The translations under genes were made by a program, and so were the position numbers. A stretch of 64,000 bases of DNA, from the NCBI RefSeq assembly GCF_018350175.1, contig NC_058368.1, positions 23,190,001 through 23,254,000 of the forward strand. The letters are read 5' to 3'. Below the pieces are notes generated by a model. It did no database searches and was not told the DNA's origin. It saw nothing but the letters and a program-made list of their open reading frames with translations. Below, piece after piece: positions 54,264 through 64,000 of the stretch (positions within the stretch are counted from its first letter, which is position 1; every line of letters starts with the position of its first letter). The DNA is from Felis catus (lineage: Eukaryota).

Positions 54264-55284
54264 ATCTGCATCTTCTCTGAAGAAATGTCTATTCAAGTCC
54301 TTTGCACATTTTTAAATTGGATTGTTTGGGTTTTAGTTATTGAATTGTGGTTCTTTATATATCCTGAATATTAATCTCTTATCGTGCATATGGATTGCAG
54401 ATATTCTCCCGCTCTGTAGGTTGCCTTTTCACTCTCTTGATTGTTTCTTTTACAGTGTTGAAGTTTTGAGTTTGATTTAGTCCAGTTTGTCTCTTTCTGC
54501 TTTTATTGCTTGTGATTTGATGTCTTATCCAAGAAATTATTGCCCAATCTAATGTCATGAAGTCTTCCCCCTGTTTTCTTCTAGGAGTTTTGCTGTTTTA
54601 GATCTTCCATTTTGGTCTTTAATCCATTTTGAGTTAATTTTTGTTTATAGTGTAAAGTAAGGATCATCTTCATTAATTTGCACGTGGATATTCAATTTCT
54701 CCAACACCATTGTTGAAGAGACTATCCTTTCCCCATTGTGTAGCTGTGGCACATTTGTCAGAGACCGTTTGACTATATATGAGGATTTATTTCTGTGTTT
54801 TCTGTTTCATTGGTTTATATGTCTGTCTTTATGCCAGAACCATACTGTTTTGATTACTATAGCTTTGTTATGTGTTTGAAACTGGGAATTATGAGGCTCC
54901 AGCTTTGTTTTTCTTTTTCAAGATTATTTTGGTTATTCAGGATCCTCAGAGAGTTCATATGAATTTTAAGTTTCTTTCTTTTCTTTTTTTTCTTTCTTTT
55001 TTTTTTTTTTTTCTATTTTTTCAAACAAGGGACAATGGAAAAATACCGTATTGGGAGAAAGTGCTAGTAGGGATTGCATTTAATCTGTAGATTGCCATGG
55101 GTAGTATTGGACATTTTAATAATATTAAGTCTTCCAGTCACTGTCTTTCTGTTTATTGTGTCCTGTTTAGTTTCATTCAGCACTGTGATACAGTTTTCCT
55201 TGTACAAGTCTTTTATCTTTCTGATTAAATTTATCCTATTTTATTCTTTTTGATGCTATTGTAAATGGGATCATTTTCTTTAAA

Positions 55285-55493
55285 CAAATTTTTTTTTTAA
55301 CGTTTATTTATTATTAAGAGACAGAGCATGAGCATGTGAGGGGCAGAGAGAGGGGGAGGCACAGAATCTGAAGCAGGCTCCATGCCCTGAGCTGTCAGCA
55401 CAGAACCCGACACAGGGCTCGAACTCACAAACTGTGAGATCATGACCTGGGCCGAAGTTGGATGCCCAACTGACTGAGCCACCCAGGAGCCCC
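55285..55493 (-). mobile_element. Carnivore SINE within L1
   Basis: Flanks gggatcattttcttt / gggatcgttttctta. Confidence 0.92.
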
Positions 55494-55644
55494 GGGATCG
55501 TTTTCTTAATTTCCTTTTCAGATTGTTCATTGTTAGTGTATAGAAATGCAAGATATATTTGTATGTTGATTTTGTATCCTGTGACTTTGCTGATCTCATT
55601 TATTAGTTCTTAAACAGTTTTTTGGAGGTTCTTTAGAGTTTCTA

Positions 55645-55752
<108 letters not shown>

Positions 55753-58166
55753 TCATAGTGAATAAAGTGACAAGAATGAGCATCTTTGCCTTTTTCCTGA
55801 TCTTAGAAGGCAGCTTTCAGTTGTTTGCCATTGAGTATGTTGGTTGTGGGTTGTTTATATATGGCCTTTATTATGTTGAGGTAATTCTTTGTATTCCTAG
55901 TTTGTTGAGTGTTTTTATAAAAGGATGTTGACGTTTTTGAAATGCTTTTTCTGCATCAGTGGAGATGATCATGTGGTTTTTGAATTTGATTCTGTTAATG
56001 TGGTGAATTATTTTGATTTTTATAGGTTGAAACATCATTGCTTTCCAGGAATAAATCCCATTTGCTCATGATATATAATCCTGTCAGTGTGTTACTGAAA
56101 TTGGTTACTAGTGTTTTGTTGAGAGTTTTTGCATCAATATTCATCAGGGATGTTGGTTAGTAGTTTTCTTGTGGTATCTTTGTCTGGTTTTGGTATCAAT
56201 GCTGACCTCGCTGAATGCGTTTGGAAGTGTTCCTCCCTCTTTAATTTTTTGGAAAAGTTTGAGAAAGATTGCTATTAGTTCTTTAAATATTTGGTGAAAT
56301 TCTTTAGTGAGGTCATTTGGTACTGGGCTTTTCTTTGTTGGGAAGTTTTTAATTACTCATTTAATCTCCTTGTAATATATCCAGATTTTTTTTTTCTTCA
56401 GTACTCATTTTTGGTCTATTTTGTGTGTCTAGGAATTTATCCATTTCTTCTAGGTTATCCAATTGGTTGGCATGTAATTATTCATTGTAGTCTCTTATCC
56501 TTTTTGTTTCTGTGGCATCCATTTGTAATGTCTTCTTTTTCACTTCTAATTTTTGTTACTGTGTTTTTTCTTTTCTTAGTTTACCTAAGGATTTGTAAAT
56601 TTTGTTGATCTCTTCAACAAACCAGATTTTAGTTTTATTAGTTATTTCTGTTCTATTTTCTTTTATTTATTTCTGCTCTAATCTTTATTATTTCTCTCTG
56701 CTAACTTCGGGTTTAGTTTGTTCTTTTTCTAGTTCCTTGAGTTATTAAAAAAAATCCATGAGCTGGCTGCTTTTCCCCAATTTGTGAGAGCTATGTTGGC
56801 TTCTTTCTTCAGTGTTATATGTTCTGTGGTGGTACCCTAACTGCTGAGCTCTCACAGGCAATTACAATATGCTTTTCCCAGTCAGTTTTCTAAGTTAGGT
56901 AAGACAGAAATCAGTTCCTTCAATAGTCCTCTGAAAAGCAAGAATGTTGGATGCATATTTGACTTTCCCTTTTCCTTCCCAAGGAAGAAGCACAGCATTG
57001 GGCTATTTCTGTTGATCTTAAGCTGTGTCAGTCAATCTAGGGGAGGGGCTGACTTGGATGAAATGAAATGGCTTTTTTTTTTTTTTTTTTTTTTTTTACC
57101 TGTTTCATTGCAGTTGAACCTAAGGTACTACAGTTTCCTAACTGGTTTCTGGCATTCCTATAAAGAGATTTACTCTCCTAAAAAGGAATAAAAAATTCAG
57201 ATCATATAATATTAAGTTAGTGTTTCTGTGGGAGAATGAGTCTAGGGCTTCCTGTTCAACCATCTTGGTGAATCTGATGTCCACAGTTTTTTGGGGGTGC
57301 TTTAGTAAATAGGTATGGTGGATTAAATCATTGACTACTTTGTTGAACTTAAACACCAGGACCCCTTTCCTTCCAGAAGGTTGGGCTGATATCATGTGGC
57401 TCAAAGCTCCAAACCTCTAATCACAGTGTTTGCCTTTCTGTCCTTTGCATGCCTTCTGCCTACCTGAGTCATCTCCTTTGTATTAACTTGGGCCTACCAT
57501 GAGTCACCTCATTAGCATAAACTCTAAGTTGTACTGGATGGTTTAAAGGTGCTTTTCAGACATTGGGGATAAAGGCCAGCCAAATTCTTTATTACACATG
57601 CATATTGAAATCTAATCACATAATGTAAAATTTAAAGGGTGCGAAGATGTACAAGGAAATATCAGTCTTCCACCCACCCCTGTTTCTCAGCCCCCCAGTT
57701 TTTCTCCATGGAGGCTGGTACTATTTTTTAAATCATTTTTTTTTCACCTAAGTAACAGTTAATTCCCATAAAAAGTAGTAAGTTTTTCCCCCCTTTGGCT
57801 ATTGCTTATTTTGACGATTTGAAGGACTGTTTTGTTCTCCAAACAGTAATGAATACATTTATGTGAATGAATCCTTTACTTTAAATCTTGAAATGAGTTT
57901 GTTACTGAAACACACTAGTTCCTGGGATAGAAAAGTGAAAATAATCTTTTGCTTTTGTTTTTTTTCTCCATGAAAGTCATGCTTTCTTTTCTCCTGGATT
58001 AAGAATACTATGTTCATTGTAAAAAAATTTGAGGGGGGAGAATAGTGACACATAGGGTAACAAAAGTCTTACCATTTAATGTTTTCCCATCTTTTTTTGC
58101 AGTTTGTGTGATTATTGAGTGGTTGCACATTTAAACATACTTTATGTTAAAAAACTTCACATAGTT

Positions 58167-58827
58167 TTGGAAAACAGTATGCAGGTTCCTCAAAAAACTA
58201 AAAATAGAACTACCCTATGACCCAGCAGTTGCACTACTAGGCATTTATCCACGGGATACAGGTGTGCTGTTTAGAAGGGACACATGCACCCCCATGTTTA
58301 TAGCAGCACTATCAACAATAGCCAAAGTTTGGAAAGAGCCCAAATGTCCTTCGATGGATGAATGGATAAGGAAGATGTGGTATATATATACAATGGAGTA
58401 TTACTTGGCAATCAAAAAGAATGAAATCATGCCATTTGCAACTGCATGGATGGAACTGGAGGGTATTACGCTAAGTGAAATTAGAGAAAGACAAAAATCA
58501 TATGACTTCACTCATATGAGGACTTTTCAGATACAAAACAGATGAACATAAAGGAAGGGAAACAAAAATAATATAAAAACAGGGAGGGGAACAAAACAGA
58601 AGAGACTCATAAATATGGAGAACAAACTGAGGGTTACTGGAGGGGTTGTGGGGGGGGGGGATGGGCTAAATGGGTAAGGGGGAACTAAGGAATCTACTCC
58701 TGAAATCATTGTTGCACTACATGCTAACTAATTTGGATGTAAATTTTTAAAAATAAAAAATAAAATAAAAATAAAAATAAAAAAGATTTACATAAAACCT
58801 CTAAAAATGTAAATCTACTAGAAAAAA
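58167..58827 (+). mobile_element. 5'-truncated carnivore L1 3' end, sense to SUCLA2
   Basis: ORF 58264-58545 is the L1 ORF2 C-terminus; 3' UTR similar to 4115-4400; TSD-like flanks at 58149-58166 / 58828-58844. Confidence 0.93.
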
Positions 58828-59567
58828 AAAAAACTCACACAGTTGAGAATAGAATCTAGAGTTTTATATCATTTTTTCCTGTATAACACTACTGAGATCA
58901 TTTTCCTATACCTTAAATAATCTTCAGTAATATAGTTTTACCATTTCCTTGTTTTTGCATGTTTCCAGTTTTGTGCATAAATTAACAAATCTATTAGATT
59001 ATTTTGCTTTAAGGTTTTTTTCTTGATTGATTTTAAGAGACTTAAAAGTTAATTATTTATTATTTTTATCTTATATCATTCATGATCATAGAACTATTGT
59101 TTCAAGTAATTTTTACTGACTTGCAGTAGGGCTAGAGCTTACAAAATTGACTTTTATTTATTAGACTTTTTGAAAATATCAGTATCTTTTTAAATGATTT
59201 TTAAAAATGTCCTTTAAACAATAGTTGTCCTTTAGTTCTTAGGAAAAATTTGTAGGTTATATTTTATATGTACATATTTATATTAACTTAATTTGGTATA
59301 AGTTTTGTGTATATTTTTAATCTTTTTGTCTCACAGGTGAGCTCTTGTCTTCCTCTATTTTTTCGCTTCTTTTCCATTATTTCAGTTGAACATTTATAAA
59401 GGGGTACTGTGCAGGAGATGTAAGGATAAATTCTCAAGGAAATTTAAAGATAGGAGTGGGGAGTGATAGATACATAAATCTGATAGTGTGCATAAATAGG
59501 TTTTAAAATTTTATTGATGGGTCCAAAAATAAAATCTAGATGTTTTGGCTGTTTCTCCTCTTGCCAG

Positions 59568-59696
59568 GGTCCTGTATTAATAGGAAGTTCTCAAGGTGGT
59601 GTCAACATTGAAGATGTTGCTGCTGAGACTCCTGAGGCCATAGTTAAAGAACCTATTGATATTGTAGAAGGCATTAAAAAGGAACAAGCTGTCCGG
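59568..59696 (+). CDS. SUCLA2: SUCLA2 exon 5
   Basis: [43 protein letters not shown]; 129 nt; ttgccag / GTATGT. Confidence 0.97.
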
Positions 59697-59877
59697 GTAT
59701 GTTGTATTCTGAAGAATTTCTACCTAGCTTTATTGGATAATTGTAATACTTAAAAAAAGAAAGAGAATTAACTTTGTATAAGTTAAGTGATTGACAAAAC
59801 TTTTTTAAAAAACTTTTTTAGTGTCAATGCATGTTAATATCTTGTTTGAAATTGAAGCCTTTAAAGTATCTACAGTA

Positions 59878-60089
59878 GGGGTGCCTGGATGGCTCAGTCG
59901 GTTAAGCATCCAACTTATGCTCAGGTCATGATCTCACAGTTTGTGAGTTCAAGCCCCGCATCGGGCTCTGTGCTGACAGTTCAGAGCCTGGAGCCTGCTT
60001 CAGATTTTGTGTCTCCCTCTCTCTCTCTGCCCCTCCCCCACTCATGCTCTGTCTCTCAAAAATAAAGAAATATTAAAAAAATATTTTAG
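59878..60089 (+). mobile_element. Carnivore SINE
   Basis: Flanks aagtatctacagta / aagtatctacaata. Confidence 0.93.
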
Positions 60090-62429
60090 AAGTATCTACA
60101 ATATTTTCCTTAAGTATCTTAATACTTGTCTTTAAAAGGCAAGGATTATTTTAATTAGCCCCTATACCATTGTCATACCTAGTAAAATTAATAATTCTTT
60201 ATAATCATTACCTACCCATTCATTCAAATTCCCTTGTCTTAAGTTTTTCATTTTTTTTTTCTTTTGTAATTTGTATATAATTTCTCAGGCTGATTATCCT
60301 CTACTTATTGGTATTTGACTTTTTGCAAAAATCATATTCACCCTTAAAGAATTTAAGATTTGTATGAGAATTATAATTTGTTTGAGTTGGGATCCATATA
60401 AGGTCTTTCATTGCTATTGGTTATTGTCTCATAGGTCTTTTTCTAATTTGTAGGTTTTCTTTCCCTCACTCTCTTCATCCTTCTTTCGTTTGTTGAAGCA
60501 ACTGGGGTGATTATGGTTTATTGTTTATCATAGCCTGGATTTTACATACCCATGGTGGCATTTAATGTGTTCCAATCTCCCCCTTGTTTCCTGTAAATTG
60601 TATGGAATGGTAGGGACCCTGTCTTATATATTCCTATAATCTGATTTTTTTGGAGGGAAGTGGTTGATGGATACTTTTGAGAATCTGATGAAAGCTATGG
60701 GCTTTTAGTGTCTGCACATAAACAATAATTTTTGCCTATACTTTAGTCTTCTGTACTGTCCTTTTTTGTGTGCTTCTTCCCCACTTTCTGTCCACCACCT
60801 TCTCCAAAAAAAACAAAAACAAAAACAAAAAAAAAACAAAAAAACAAAAAGAAACCCAACCGTGAAGTTTAAAACCATAGCCTGTGAGAGTTGACTGGTA
60901 AGGTTGGAATACTGCTATTAAATTGTTTAGTTTGGATATGAAAAATAAGTGACTCATCTTAAAAGAAAAGTTTGAATGTTAAAGTTTGAATGAAATTAAT
61001 GTGTATTAGTGGGAAACTCTGTCAAAATAAGCTTTATGATATTGAAGTACAGTAGAGCAAGAATTTTTGACTAGCACAAAAGTTTAAAGGAGATAGCGCA
61101 ATTAACTTGGTAAAGTCATTGAAGCAAGATAATGGTATAAAGGTTTAAAGGGGACAGAGAGAGACTTGATTCATTAGGTAGTTATGTGAGAATGATGACT
61201 GGACAGTTAAATTTAGATGAGAAAGAATACTTGATTTCGAATAACACTTGAAGGAATAATCTACTCAGGTTATAGCTTTTTGAGTGAAGAGCAGAAATGC
61301 TACCTAGCACAGTGTTTGGCAAATTAATGTCTTTCTGGGTTGATCAGAATTCTGTTGCAATTCTCAAATATTTAGATCTAAAATGGTAGATTATAACCTA
61401 GTGAAAATCTTTCTTAATGAAATAATATTTAATTATTTCTCATTTATTTCATATTATTCTCTATATGAAATAAGTCTTAATTGAAAATGCCATTTTTTTT
61501 TTGGCTGATTATCCTCTTTACTTACTGGTATTTGACTTTTTGCAAAAATCATATTCACCCTTAAAGAATTTAAGATTTTCTGTAATTAAAATTCAAATGT
61601 ATTGCAGCCTTAGATAGTAGTTAGAAAAGAGGAAAACCTCCTTCATAGTGTTCTTGACCAATTGCAGCAGTTAGAATAAATATATAGACATGTAGCTTCT
61701 ATATCAGTGGTTCAGAATTGCTTATGGAACTTCAAAAATTATGAAAGGCTTGGTCCACTGTAGGACTTGTAAACCAGAACTTCTAGTTTGGAACTTTGGT
61801 ATGTATATTTTTTAAAAAGCTCTTCAGGTATATATCTAGTTAGGAATCTCTGCTCAAGACTATACACCCCTCTATTAGAATAGAAGCTTAAGTAACTGTA
61901 TCTTTTGGGCCTGTCTTATATTAGATACTCAGTAGATTTCTGAATGAATGCAGTTATACTGGTTTGACTGAATGTGTCCTAATTGCTTGGTAGACACTGT
62001 TCATAAATTACTTAAAAGGTAAAATCAAGTGATTTAATATTTTTGCCGTCATTTGGACCATTGGGATTGTCAGTCCACCTTTTATATGTCTTTTAATAAA
62101 ATATAAGCCTCTTTCAGTTTAGGTTTGCCATACGGCTTAGAGGCAATATGAAGGCAATGGAATAAACACTGGAACTGGAGTCTAGTCAGGACTTAACTTC
62201 TCTGAATCTTTCTCATTTGTAAAATGGCCATACTACTTGTCTTGTGGGAATTTTGAATAAAAAGTTTTATTGAACCATTTAGTAGTAGTGGCTGCTATTT
62301 CAGTCATTCATGTTTGACTACAAACAATTCATACTTATTATTTAAGTGATAAGCTAGAAGGTTTTTATTTACAGTAACTTAATGTTGATTGGACATACGC
62401 AACATTCATATAATAAAGAGACAAATTGA

Positions 62430-62639
<210 letters not shown>

Positions 62640-62785
62640 TAAGGAAGTTGAATTCATAAGGAAGTGAACTCTTTCCTATGTAGAAACTTATTTTATAATA
62701 AATTGAATGTGAACAAATATGAAGGATAAATACCTATTAAAACAAACACTTAAAATGTATATTTATGTACACACAGGGAGGTTAA

Positions 62786-62963
62786 AGCTGCACTGTCCAG
62801 TATGGGGGCTACCAGCCACACGTGGCAATTAAAATTTATTAGAATATTCCTCAGTCGAACTAGTCACATTGCAACTGCTCAGTAGCCACATGTGGTTACC
62901 TTATCAGATAGCACACATACAGAATATTGCCATCATTGCAGAAAGTTCTTTTGGGCAGTGCTG
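62786..62963. mobile_element. MER3-type hAT MITE
   Basis: Termini gcactgtcca... / ...tgggcagtgctg; internal agccacatgtgg motifs. Confidence 0.75.
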
Positions 62964-63869
62964 ATGAGAGTAATTAGTGTGGTAGTGAGTCAATGGCAGT
63001 AGTTTTGAGGAACTAGCCCTCTTAGTCTCCCACAAGTTCCAGACTTTAGAGTTGTCATGGGTCTTTATTATACAAAGGGTAGAGTCTGGTACTTGCTTCC
63101 TTTTAATATTTCTATCCAACAGAGAAGTAAGATTAGCTTCTCACTTTGACACCTTTTCTTTTGCATGTATTTAAAGGAAAATCAGATTCTGAATGATCAT
63201 ACCTTCCATGTATAGCCATTTTAAAAATATAAGTTGCATTATTGTAGCCTAAATTTTTCTTGATACTTTATATTAACTGTATTACTTGATTTTGTTTCAA
63301 GTCACTTTGGATATTTTAATCTCTTAAGCATTTGTAGATCATCTTTCCCTTGTATACTTTTAATTAGGTACATTCTTTATTATAGAAATGGATTTTTAGT
63401 TGGTCATTTATCTGATTGTGTAAAGAAGAATGAGTAAATTCTCTTGTGATCATAGAGGTCATTTATAAAACTAAAAAAATTTTTTATAAAGAGTAAAGGC
63501 TGATGCACATTTTCAAAATGAAATGTTCAGTGAAGGAGAATTATTTGTATAAAAGTTTTTTTGTTTTGTTTTGCTTCTGTAATAATAACATTGAAAGCAA
63601 GACTCCTGAATTACTTTCAGCTGTGAAATTCTACAGCCATATTCTGTTGGTGAGGGAATGTCTTTGTTCTCTTAAAAACTAATTTTTTTCCCTTTGTATT
63701 TTAGTTTATTTTTTCTTTTCTTTGTATGCATTTCTATATATTTTGAAGGAGTTTTTTTTTTTTTTTTTCCTTTTCTGATTAAGGGCATTGTATTTACAGA
63801 AAATTTGCAAAGTACCAAGAAACATAGGTAGGTTGGAAAAACTTCCTATAACCTCATTACCTACCATCG

Positions 63870-64000
63870 TTTTTTTTTGTTTTTTTGTTTTTTTTTTTTT
63901 TCCTTAAAGTTTATTTATTATTTATTTTGGGAGCAAGAGGTAGAGAAAGCAGGGAGGGACAGAGAGAGAGGGAGAGAAAATCCCAAGCAGGCTCCACACT
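63870..64000 (-). mobile_element. Carnivore SINE (cut by the window edge)
   Basis: T tract, tttatttatt, GA tract, aatcccaagcaggctcc. Confidence 0.88.

Overview
Mammalian genomic DNA, most likely from a felid, judged by the carnivore tRNA-derived SINEs of the feline type and carnivore L1 3' UTRs. Two divergently transcribed genes are present. NUDT15 is complete on the minus strand (exons 16323-16480, 12475-12671, 7657-7796; 164 aa). SUCLA2 coding exons 1-6 are on the plus strand from 31704 and the gene runs off the window. The first ~110 nt may be the 3' end of MED4 (synteny inference only). The rest is intronic or intergenic DNA rich in SINEs, L1, L2, MIR, LTRs and DNA transposons. I found no new multi-gene system. 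The strongest signals are in NUDT15: a 53-bp tandem duplication creates a second, identical exon-1 splice donor whose use gives an immediate stop codon, and the protein carries D132A and W136C at positions that are structurally important in human NUDT15. Other notable items are a 31-bp miRNA-like hairpin in SUCLA2 intron 2, a body-less poly(A) retro-insertion, a probable L1 3' transduction, two short dispersed duplications and nested insertions. Comparisons with human proteins and repeat family names are from memory, not from searches. Repeat boundaries are approximate unless TSDs are given.
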